A DNA stretch of 64,000 nucleotides from NCBI RefSeq assembly GCF_964355755.1, contig NC_092673.1, positions 24,363,648 to 24,427,647 on the forward strand, in the 5' to 3' direction. Shown piece by piece: positions 1-12,800 of the stretch. The notes beneath the pieces were generated by a model. The model did not search any database. It saw nothing but the letters and a program-made list of their open reading frames with translations, and was not told the origin of the DNA. The stretch's first letter is position 1. The number at the start of each line of letters is the position of its first letter. The position numbers and the translations under genes are program-made. Origin of the DNA: Antedon mediterranea (lineage: Eukaryota > Animalia > Echinodermata).

Positions 1-64
1 AAAATTATATCATATCAAATCAATATTACTAGTTTATAGCAATTTATATCTTCATTTTTAATTT

Positions 65-262
65 AGGGACCATGTCAAAATTTGCTTTACTGCAGTAACT
101 ATATTTTTGTGTTTACTTTTAAACCGGTTTATCAATATCTTAAGTATCATACGCAGTGTAGGGTAGTAAATGCCTCAAACTTCTACATTAAAAAAACCTA
201 AAATCATATATTATTGCTAGTTACTGCAGTAGCTGCAATAGAATAATTTTGACATGGTCACT
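65..262. mobile_element. MITE with imperfect TIRs
   Basis: agggaccatgtcaaaatt ... aattttgacatggtcact; internal ttactgcagta repeats. Confidence 0.6.
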
Positions 263-1536
263 TATTATTATTATTTACACGAATATTTCATTCTGGATAA
301 AACAATTTCAATTTCAATTTCAAAAAGAAAAGAAAGAAATAACTCTTCTTCTTCCAAACTCAACAATTTCCTTTACCTTCTTAAATGTATTCACTGTATA
401 CTATAGCTTTGTCTTGGTAACAATGTGAATAATTATAGCTTTAACTTTATTAAAAATATACCACAACTTTTTGTTTTCATTTTTCTCCATTATTTTGGCT
501 AGTCCATTTTGATTGGTTAAGAAATATTTTGAAGGGTCTAATATTGATGGACAGACAAACATTTAATTTCTTCTGAAATCATACATTCAGTTTGATGTTG
601 TAAAATTGTCAGTTTTTTTGGTTTTCAACATGTTCCATCTATCCCCGCTAGCACCTGCATGCACCCAATATGAATATTTCTATGTTATATTTAGTTTTGC
701 TTTCCGATATCCACAAAATATCAATACAATTGCCAGATGTTCTAATATCCTATTCATATGCATCTTGAGGGGCTTGATCAATATTGACTATTCATGGCTT
801 TGTGTTATTTGACAAAAGCAATATATTAATTTACATAATTATCTATTTTAAGATCTTTTACTTAGAAAGACCTGGTTTCACTAAGTAGTGAAGACTCTAC
901 TTTGGTTTGAAAATCTGAGAGTAAGCCATTACCAAAAGAAATATTTTAGATGATAAGTAATATAGTAAATAACAACAAAAAGCAAACAAAAAAATGACTG
1001 TATGCCTACAATGTGGAAAGTTTAAGGCTCCCTGGGTATAACCTAGGGATTGGAAGAGGGGTGGCGTAGGATCCACAATTTTGAAATAGTGTGGGTGGGT
1101 AGGCCAGGTTAAAAAACTAAAATGAAGTGCACATAACTTTTTTTACATCTCCTCTTGGAGTATATATTATCATACTTCTATATTGTCCTGGTTTTTTAAT
1201 AGTATAAACATTTTCAGTCTATCATGACGTGAATAATGTAAAAACTGATCAGTATGATGGTAATACATTTATTACCATCTAATGATATATATATAACTTT
1301 TATAACTTGATTTTTCTTGTTATCTATGATCCTAATTCAAATTAAATTCGCTACCATGACAACAAGAAGCAAAAGAATACTTTTGTTTATTTACTATAAT
1401 GCATTTTTAGTACATATATTTATTATGAATAATATATGATAATTTTATTCTATGCCCGGTTAGCCGACTAATAAGTTAGAGAAGAAGAGAAAGCTCTATG
1501 TTTGCTTTAATAAACACATTTTTCTATTGCACGCAT

Positions 1537-1590
1537 CAAAATGACCAGAACATTCAAAATGACCAGAACATTCAAAATGACCAGAACATT
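1537..1590. repeat. 18-bp tandem repeat x3 (CAAAATGACCAGAACATT)
   Basis: Direct reading. Confidence 0.9.
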
Positions 1591-3840
1591 ATACAGGGAA
1601 GGTTTTAAACTACAAACAGAAACAGCCCTGGAGCAAGTACAGTATCTTTCTAGTGAACAAATTTATTATGATTATTTTTAACTTTATTTTTTCATTTTCA
1701 GAAATGACTAATATTTACACTATAACATATTTTTATATAGTTCCCACAAGTGTTGAGATGGACAATCAATTGACCAATTAAAATTATTCTTGATTGTGAG
1801 GCATTTGATAACAGGCAAACTGCCTTAAAATATCTTGACGTTTTTCGAGAAACGCCTAGAGTACTTATTTTATACTGCATCGACTTGCATTACATTCCTT
1901 CGCAATTCCCATATATCAATCATTTTCAATTAGATGAGTCTTCCCAAATGTCCATCTCTTCTCTGCAGACGCCTTTTATAGTTTTTTAATTGTCTATTGG
2001 AAACGCATAGAATGGGACTTTTATAATTTGTCGAAAAGGCATTAAAGCTGGTCCAGTTATAAATTGAGTTTAACTGTTTCTTCTAATCCTATTCCTACTT
2101 TGGTCAAATTTATTATTCTGTTTCTGTGCAGTCTTTGGAGAGATAATTCTGAATTTTGTATTCTGTTTAATTTAAACACACTAGACAGACCTGCAATGTT
2201 TGACGTTTTGTAAAAATAATGCATATAGATAACTTTAAAAGCATTAAACCAGGTCATTTCTTAAATGTGCGTTTAAACATTAATTATGAATGCACTACCT
2301 AAGTAGCTTGCTTCGAATATTCTCTCATAAATGTTTCTAGGCCGATCTGAGTTAGGCTTAGTTTGTTAGGCCTAGCTGGTAAAAAAAGAACATCGTACGC
2401 TACTGTAGCTATAGTAGCCTGACGTTGTCTCATGAAATTAGGTAAAAAAAACATGGGCCTAGTGTCTTTAAGGAATTGTTTTGTGTTTCAAGTAGTGAAT
2501 ATTATAGTGATGTTTACTATTCAGTGGCATTGAAATAATTTGGATTCACTTATTACCTAGCTGGACAGGTATTTCCACAAAAGTGTTGCATTAATTGTCT
2601 GCATATCTCCGAATAAAGCATAATTTATATAAAATTATTTATTTTATAAATCAGTTAGAACCATTGTGAACGATTTATTTTGTCTTTTTAAAATTATTTG
2701 ATTAATATCACTAATTGGTTGCGAGGACAATATAACACAATTTAGACTTATCTTACACTAATCATGTTCACATTTATAGAAATTACATTATAAACATCAT
2801 AAAATAATTAATAAATAATATACTTAAATTTCAAAATATGAACTTTTAGCCTACAAGTAATCTTACTGTTCTTTTTTATTTTGAATTTGCATGTTTTAAT
2901 TTATTTTAGTTTATTATTTTTTACATTATATTTTTTGTTATTTATTTTTATATGTTATTAAATATATTGTGAGTGTATTATTATTTTTGTGCACAATTTT
3001 CCTTAGTACATGTCTATTGTTATTTTTAAATGTTGTATAGTAATAATAAATTGCATTGTATAATTTTATTTTAATAATTTTTAATTTTTTTATTATTTTT
3101 GTATAGCACATAATTTTAAACACTACACTTTTGTTTTTTGAATGTTTTAACAATTTATTTTTAGTATTACATTTTGTTGTACCAATCATTTTAAAACACC
3201 TTTTTTATGTTTTGTTACAATTTTTTGATAATTTTTTTTTTGTATAATGTCCATTATTTGATAATAATAATCATTATAAATAAATTATTGGAACTATATA
3301 ACTAGAATTATGATAAATAGCATGACCTAAAGATAGAAATCAGTAAAAAAAAAAATGGAGCTGCCATGATATTTCTTTAGATTCTAGATTACTAAAATAA
3401 AATAGTATGAGTGAGACTCTAATAAAGAGACAGAACTTTATTTTCAATTCTCAAAATGTGTATCTCTTTATTTGAAATGGCATTTGTACTATTTCAAATT
3501 TAGTTGATCTTCTGGTGTTACTAGAATAATTTACTAGACAAGTTCCTACATGACTGGATCACTGTGGGTGCTCTGGTAGAACAGTGCTAGTGAGACTAAA
3601 TGAGATGGAGCCTACATGATATTCAAATTTGTCATTCAAATTTTTATCTTTCTCTGTTATTACCACCAGTATCGACAGAGATAATTATTATTTGAAAAAT
3701 AATAGAAATTACTTTGAGTTATTACTGTCCCTTGTGGAATCCCTAAACATATTGGAACAAAAAAAATCTTGTTTATCCACATAAAAACATTTAATTTCAG
3801 AATGTTTTTAAGTTTTATTTTGATTGTTTATATTTTATAG

Positions 3841-6800
3841 GATCAACAAACCATCTTGAGAACTTGGGCAGTGAAGGATTTTGCACCAAACATTCCACTT
3901 TATGTCCAGATTATGAAGCCTGAAAATAAGTTTCATGTTCAATTTGCAGGTTGGTAGACCTTCTGAAAGTTAATATCATCATGACAGACAGAATAAGTCT
4001 ATTTTTGTGCCTAGATACCTGGATAAACTGACAATAGCCCATGCTCTCCTGATAGGAAAGGAAAAAACTTAAACATCATTCTACAATAATTGACTAATCT
4101 ACCAACAACGTACCATCGTTTCATAACGCTGTGAGCTTGATCAATATAAAATCATATTTACATAATTTATTAGTTTTTGGTTACTAGATCAACCATCACC
4201 ACCAACATTATTTCAGCTTTTTCACATTTTTAAACTGTTATACTTGATTTACAGATCATGTTGTGTGTGAAGATGAATTCAAATATGCCTTGCTGGCAAA
4301 TAATTGCCTCTGTCCAGCAACTTCCACTTTTGTAACCTTGCTTATACACACATCAAGAGGAGTGTAAGTTTTCATCTATATTGGTCAAAGTAATTACTAC
4401 CAACCTCTCAGTTTAAGACAGAAGTTATAGAGTAATCCAATTTACTGAAACAGTTTGTTTGAATAGGTGTTAGACAAAAAAAAACCCATACAATCAATTG
4501 GCCGAGTAGTTAAAGGCACAAAATCAGCACAAGTTTAAGGATGTACTTGACTATTTCTGGTGGTAGAACAAGTCTTCTCGGATTAGTGTGTACATGTTGC
4601 TTGTGTGAACTTTAGTGCATACTTTTGAAGATTTTCCCTGGTGTATGCCTACTGGTTAATCTCAGCCTAAAAATTCTGGTGGTAGAAGAATAAGGGGTTA
4701 AAACTAGAGGTCCAGTGTACACATGCACCTTAAGAAAACTAGTCCATCTGAGCCCCTCTTTAATGAGCATAATCATTTTTTCTATTTTTCTCGTTCTTAT
4801 TTGATTTCCAACTATTTTTATTATTATTTGTTTACTTTACTTTTTTAATTTATTCATTTTATAATTTCAGTGAAGGAGAAAGTGCAAGTTCCCACTGGCA
4901 GAAAGTTTACGGTAGATGTTCAGGCAACGAAATTTACCACATTCAACTGAAAACAAGTCGATTCTTTGGAGAATATGAGGGGAAAAGTTTTACATTTGCA
5001 ACATTTAATGCACATAAAAAGTAAGAGAGTCATGGAGTTGACAAATTTTGCCTAAATATTATTCATAATATTGTATATGTAATTTCTATAATTCTAAAAA
5101 AAAATCTTAATAGTTTTAATATAAACATATGTAATATAGAGACTCTGTGTTGTGTTACCTTGAGATAATTTTTGTTGCTGTTAAAAGACATCAAATAATT
5201 ATTGTTAATTGTGCAAGTTTGCCTACATTTCCCAGGATCTTATGTTTATCTGATCCATGCCAAAATAATTATGTGTAATAATCACAAAGAATATCTCTTT
5301 AACTTGGAGTTTTGATTACATGTTTTTTTTCAATCATAAAGATATGGCGTATCATTAATCGGAATTAAACGTCAAGATTGCGTAGCAGATCTTCAACTTA
5401 ACCCCGGGCCAAAGCACATACTTAAAGACACAGATACGTGTTATTATATGAACATTACGAAAGAGGAGTATTCATCGTTCATTTTAGCGCACCCACGGGA
5501 AGAAAAGGAAAAAGTTGACAAAAAGGACAGTAAATCTTCTTCTCCAATTACTAGTGACCCAAACGTCTCCAAGTTGGAGAGTGCCATTTGTAGTGTAGGT
5601 AAGTAATTGCTATCGTAGTTTTTTGATTTAAAACAAAAATGTATTCTCTTTACTCAATGCAATCAAATACCCAATAGGATTTAGAATCAGATTTTTGTGT
5701 ATTGATCACTACAAAATACATACCATGCATTTATTCTGTATGCATCAGTGACTTAATACAAGATGGTGACATTCAGAAAAACTGAAAGTGAAATTAAAAT
5801 TCTTATATATAATATTACACTATTTGAAAAAGGTTAGGGGTTTGTCTCCTGGTGTGCTGATCTGAAAGGCGCTGCACTGCTGGGTCCTTAGAGAGCCATA
5901 ATCTGAATTATTTTACTCATCTACCTTTACTGTTACCTTTTATTGTAATAAAACTAATAATAAATATATTATGTCATATTTTGTAGTGTTTTTAATAATT
6001 CTTTTTATATGCTGTATTAATGTTATTACTTCTGTATATTGGTGTAAGTATGGATAACCTATATTCATAATGAACAATAGCATGTTCTAACAAGCTTATT
6101 CATCCTCTAATACTTTATATTATATAATACTTTATATTATATAATACTTTATATTATATAATACATCCACATTTATTATATTATGATGAAGGTACATTAG
6201 CCCTAGAGATGCACCACTATGGGCCAAATAAGACAGGTGAATCTCCAGAAAAAGAGCGAACTGAACCATCGGGTCAGGAGACCCCCTCCGGCAACGGTAT
6301 GTCAACAGACTATTGCACAGGGTTATCGGAGCAACACATCTGCAGCACTCATATCTGTAGTCTTGCCATATGTCATGTGTCTTGGTGTTTTTTGTTGTTG
6401 TTGGTTTGGTGTTCATCTGTTGTATGCTTTCTATCTGTTTTATGCTTTCGGTATCATTTTTTGGTCAAAGTAAAGTTTCTTTGAGTGCCGTTTTTTTATT
6501 TCAGATATAAATTTATTAATGTTATGTTTGTTTGAAGATCATAATCTTATTATTTATGAAATGTTTGTTTATTCAAAGTGAATTTTCTCAACAGTTTTGT
6601 TCAGCAAACATAGCCAAATTATCAAAGCTTTAATATCTATTTATTAACTAACAACTCTATCTCTCTATGTGTATTTTCGTTTTCCATGGGGAATAGAATT
6701 TCAAATTTAAATGGTAAATGCAACATTAAAACTTGTTCACTTAAATGCGCTGTTAAATATTAACAGAAAATAAACTCTACAGAAAGTTCCCAATCCCAAA

Positions 6801-9800
6801 ACATATTTTTTATAGATGCTTTTTAAATTGACTGAATATTCAGTCATTTTCATTTAAAGGCATGTTTTTCCCAATAATTATTTTGATTTTAAATCAAATC
6901 AAAATGGTGAAATATTAGTTGCATTATAAACAATTCCTTTTCTTTGTTTGCAATGTTGATGAGAGTTTGGTATGGCGTAGTAGTAAGACGTATCAGATTA
7001 GCATGAGAGAGGCATTTGTTCGAGACCTCCCTGCGTCATAGGCCTAATTGCTTCTTTCCTTAGATAAAGATACTTTACTAAATTTGCCTCGCCCTTTAGA
7101 CTCCATGTAAGGTTGGTTGTACAGTACTAATACACGTTATTTCAGGATCCCTGTACCACCCAAGTGTCATTTGTTGGTGTTATTGTAAAGAAGATGTATG
7201 AGCCTATATAGTTCTTAATTCTAATTCTAACTTTTACTTTTGGTATATATTATTCTCTTCTTCATTAACCTATTACTGTTTACTATAAGTTTTTCTTTTC
7301 TCTCTACTCTTTCCTAAAGGATATAGAGGTATGCAATATTTAAAATAAAAACAGCTTTATGGCTTTAAAAGCATGAAAATAAATGCTGGCTATTCATTTA
7401 GTATTATCATCATTATCATCATCTGTATCATATACTTCTTTTAATAGCTACATACCACTTTGATGATATTGTTGATAGTCATGTCCGCTATGAATATAAT
7501 CATGATAGTGATAATGATAATGATCATAATGGGGACGGTAAGTTGTTCTTTCCTCCGCATCTGATTTCATTCTAAAAATATCTTTATATATACTGTACTA
7601 TTAATATTTGTTGGTAGATTAGAAGTCTATTATCTCTTCACTTTTTTATCTATACACATTTAACAACTGATACTTCACTAAAAAAAATTCTTATTAAGTA
7701 TACTAACTGGTTTTGTATCAAGGAGTTAAGCCTTGTCTACACTATCAAACTTTATGTGAACAAAAAATGTGATGTGTCCATATATGGGATATTAGGAATC
7801 TTACTACAATATTTTGCCATATCACGCTTGTTTTGTCATATGTTTGTCTATAGTTTGGGTTAGCGCGATTCTGCTTAAAATTCATAAAAGAAAAAGTTTT
7901 AGCAAATCTACAGTAGCATGCCTTAATTACACTTGGGCTAGAATCTAGTTCAGAACAAAAATTAAAACTGTCGCTGGTGGCACATCAAGGTAAAAAATCA
8001 CAATAATAGTGACTTGCGTCAAGTCTATTATTTGCCCAACACCATTGTAAACAATCACATCAGAACTGGACAAACATCTCTAAGAAGATATCTAATTATT
8101 TTAATTGTACTTTTTGAATGCATAAATTCACTCTCAAAAAGAACGTATTATATTACTGCTTATGTCGATGTGGAACTGAAAGGAACGTGATTAAACTAAA
8201 TTGTGTTGCCATGAGTACTCTGAACGAAACTTGCATTACTTTATTCATCAACACATTTTCTTAATTTTATTAATATATTATTGATGCATGATTGATTTTA
8301 TTATTTAACTTCATTAACTTGCTCATGTTGGCACTGTGAATGGTTAAATGAAGAGCTGTTTTTAAAAAAATGGTTTTAATCATTATTAACTTGGCAATTT
8401 GCATTTGTGTATATAATTAATAAATAATTTGCTTTTCTAAATTTTTAATAAGCTTATTGTATGGTGATGCGCAATAATCATGAAGATTATGATTATGACA
8501 ATATGCTGATTTATTGCTGATTATGATGTTATGATTATTTATGATGACAACATTGCTGATTGTTATCATTGATGGCATAAAATGAAAATATTGACAAAGG
8601 TTCTCGGAGTGCCTGTATTATTTTACTTAAATTAATTAATTTATTTATTTTATAGGAACTTTACCAATTGAAATGCATGAACAAAATAACCACCAAGTGT
8701 ATGGGAGATCCAGTACTCTACAAGTTCCATCTGGTGATCGTAACCTTCTAATGCCACAGCCAGTTGGCGAAGAGAGTATCTCGGAGAACGGCCCTCCTCC
8801 TGGTGCTCGTCGGCAACGAAGACCATCCATAATGCCAGTATCTGAGGTTATAATGGCGGATAACCTCCCGTTGCGAGATCATAAACCATTGTACGCCCAC
8901 AAAGAGGTTCAGGAAGAAGGAGAAGGCAGTATTATTTGGGAAGAAGAGGAGAAGTGAGTAATATTCATTACTACAAATTATGCATTTTTTCTTGATGTTT
9001 TTAAAAGTACTACACGCAAGATTTTCCATCCAATTCTGTCCTCCATTGTTAGTACTGAAGTGCCACTTATGGGTTGGGTTGGCCACTCTTTTGAAGTGCA
9101 CTTTCTAGCCTATAGACTTCCAAGTATTATAAAGCTAATTATTTTGTTGCCATCACGCTATCAATCAAATTTCATCCGCTAGGCCTAAAACTAATCCTTT
9201 CTAAAATAGATAATATTGATCGTTAAAGTAAGTGCCCTTTTTACTACAGTTTTGCCAGCCTTTGTATATTCTTAATATTGCTAATCATTCATTAACATTA
9301 TATTATTTATTGTAACATATCTATTGTGTTTGTGTAAATTCATAATATTTGCACAAAATGTCCTGGCAACTAAGCCAACAACATTATTTATTCCAGACTC
9401 ATTTCATATAAAATTACATACAAATGACTCAAATTTCAAGTTGATCGAAATTAACTTATCAAATGACATTTTGTCTTTTGCCAATATGTGAAAACTTAAT
9501 TTAAAGTCAAAGGATGCGAGTTGTTTTCATAGCATATTAAGTTCAAACAGTCACAGTTCTTTTCGTTGACTATAGAGGGTGCTACCATAGTTTATTCAAA
9601 TGATTAGTTTGTAGCATACACGGATACTGTACATAATAATAATAGCATCTTTTACACACACCCTGGGTGTTTTTCACACATGCTCTGATCTTGCTCCAGT
9701 TCCAGAAAATAAAATCATCTCAATGTTTCGTTTTTACAATGCTCCACACGGTTATATGACTATGATACATGCGTAGCCGGCCACATGGTGCATTGTGAAA

Positions 9801-12800
9801 ACAAAAAGTTGGTAATACTGTACACGCAATCTGACACAAACCTGAACTGGAGCCGGTCCGGTGCAGTTGTGAAAGACCCTTAACACATTAGTTGGAGGAA
9901 CTATCATTGGATTGTGTTTTAATACTGTACATGTTATTGTTAAGCAAACATGTATTAAATTATTTTTATTTATTTATTCAATTATTTTAGATGGATAAAA
10001 GGTATCCCTCCTGTCATGCCATATATTGGCTATTCTCCAATGATGTGTCATCTTCTGGAAACATCAAAGCAACATTGTTGTCTGGAGCTTGACAAAGTAA
10101 GAAACTAATTGAAGACATTCTAAAATGAGTAGACCCAAGTGTTGTGCTTATGGTTCTTATAAAGCACAACGTAGACAGTTCTAAATAAGCATAATGTGTT
10201 GTGAACAAGGGTAACTTCATATAGACAGTAAATGTTGTCTCTATAAAAAGCACTACATAGGCTGTTCTTTAGAAGCATGTGAAGAATTGAGATGTGTTTT
10301 GTCTCTATAGACATGTTTTTAAGTAAGTTTTTGATTTCATGCAACAATTGATGACCTAACTAGGTCAGGTCAATCATAGAGATCACTATAATATCTATGG
10401 GTCAATCAATCTGTTGTCGTTTGTCATCTGGACCTAGAATCCATCAAAACTGTGTCAAAGTGAAGAGTGAGGAAACACATGACATAGTTTGGTCGCTGTT
10501 CGTTGAAAATTGAAAGCTTCCTATTTAACAACCTTCCAGGTCTTCTAACTTTAAAATTAGTAAATGATAAAATTTGCTGTATTCCTAGTAAAGGATAACA
10601 TTTGCTGTATTCCATGCAAATGAGTTTAAAATACCAATATTAATAAGCTCATTTGTACTGTAATTTTGAAGAGACATGTTCAATCCTAGCACTTAATCAC
10701 GATTTAATCTTACTTTTAGCCATGCGAACACAAGTCATGGACGCATGCAGGAGAATTCAACTGGCCTAACAACAACATAATAATCGCAGCAGAATATGCA
10801 GCGCAAGGCATGGTCAACTTTATTGTTCCGTTGAGGGCACACTTTAGGCCGAAGCATACATTAAAACCTATAATTATTATGGTCGAGAAAAGGTAGGCTT
10901 ACTGTTTCATAAGTCTGTATTGCTCAACCTGGGGACTCGCACAGCAAACTTACTTAATTAACATAAATTAATACAGACATATAGTAAAATTGATGTAAAT
11001 TTGTGAAAACTTGTATAATGATTTTCTTAAAAACAGGTAGTATATATCTACCTATCAACATTTTATTATGCAAAACCTGCTATAGTAAAAAGAAATTTAA
11101 TAACGCATAATAACGTATGAATTAGCATTCAATTTTTTTTCAGCGTGGATCATAATTTTCTAGAGTGCATTTCATCATTTCCTATGGTATACTTCATGAT
11201 TGGATTATTAGAAAGGTTCGTGATTCAATTTACCGATTAGTTTTTAATTTATTGCATAACGACATCAACACAGTTAATTGACATTTTGCTTTAGATTAGT
11301 ATTATGCAGTAAAATCAATTAATTATTCTGTTTATAGATATTAATTATAGATATTAATTATCTAGTAAATTCAGAAGTACCAATTTGAATTTGCAATATA
11401 ATTTTCCATAAAAACAGAAATAACTGTTTGGTTGATTTACAGTAGAATCTGTCTGATTTAGGGGAAACCCCTATTAGGGGTCTTAAAATGTCCTCTTAAT
11501 AGTAAAACCTCTAGAGGATTTACTATTTATATGCTGTCTCTTTCTATTCTATCTTTTATTATCTGACAAAAAAGGTTGATAATTGACGAAATACACTCCA
11601 TGCTCCTCTGTATGGACTAAACCATTTTTTTACTTTAAGGTTGTTTTAGATCATCTATTCACTTTCTTTTCTAACTATACCTCAATAGCTATTCTTTGTA
11701 CAGTTATTCTCAATAATTCACTCCTCAAAAAACACTAAAAATGTATTTATAAATATTATTTATTTCCAGTATTTCATAAAACAATATAAATTACATTATT
11801 CGTTTACATTACAAATTAATACAAAAAATTAAAGTAACCTTTAAAAGTTACAAAAATATTAATACAGATTTCATTATGTATGGTTTGCTATTTAGTTTGG
11901 ATGACTTATTGAGGGCAGGAATCCTTCAGTCAGACACGATAGTAGTGGTAGACAGAGAAAGTTCCAAGTTAGCAGAGGAGGACTACATGGCAGATGCTAA
12001 CCAAGTAGTCGCTGTTCAGACAATGTTCAGGTAATGTTTAAAGCTCAAGTAAACGCATGAATTTGAAATATAATATACATAAAACATATATGTATAACAG
12101 AAATCACAACAAAAAACATTAATTTCCAATTAAAATGACTGAATAAAAATTTGACAAAATTTGGCTATAAAAACTCGACAGACTTTTTTTTTTTAGTGTA
12201 ATACCATATCCAGTGACTCCCTAGATATCTCTATTTGCCTGGTAACATTTGTTTAAAAATAAGTTTATTTCTACACAAAAGAGTACATAAAGGGTTTTGA
12301 GTCCCTGATTGTGTCATCATTATAATATGGACCTATTAGATATATAGGTCTAAAGATAATATTATTAAACTTGTTGTTAATGTCTTTTATGATTAGCTTA
12401 CACTGAGCACAATGTTTTTCTTTCAGACTTTTTCCAAGTACAACAATCATTACAGAATTAACGCATGCAGCTAATATGAGATTTATGCAATTCAGAGCAA
12501 AAGATTTCTATGCATTACACATGGCCGAGAAACAGAAAGTAAGGTTGCACAAAAAAACACTGTCTTTAATAAAAAGTTTAACGCCCGTATTCTTAAACCG
12601 GACTTTAGTCGTAGTTCGAGCTATTACTTCAAATTCGATTCAAAAACGAAGTAGTCGAAGTTTGCAGTTCGACTTAATGAAGTCGAGCTTTTAGTCGAGT
12701 TGCACACGTCTGGGTAACAAAGGCTATACATTGGCCAATGACAAGAGAGTATTTGAGGAGCAGACGAAATTTTGCGCATTGATATCACTTTCCATTTCTT

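Noticed and set aside
1690-2260. Short minus-strand ORFs, possibly a decayed LINE
   Set aside because: No clear RT or endonuclease motif; too degenerate to call
7146-7195. AG...GT-bounded 50-nt segment in the KCNT cassette region
   Set aside because: Not frame-preserving and adjoins SINE-derived sequence
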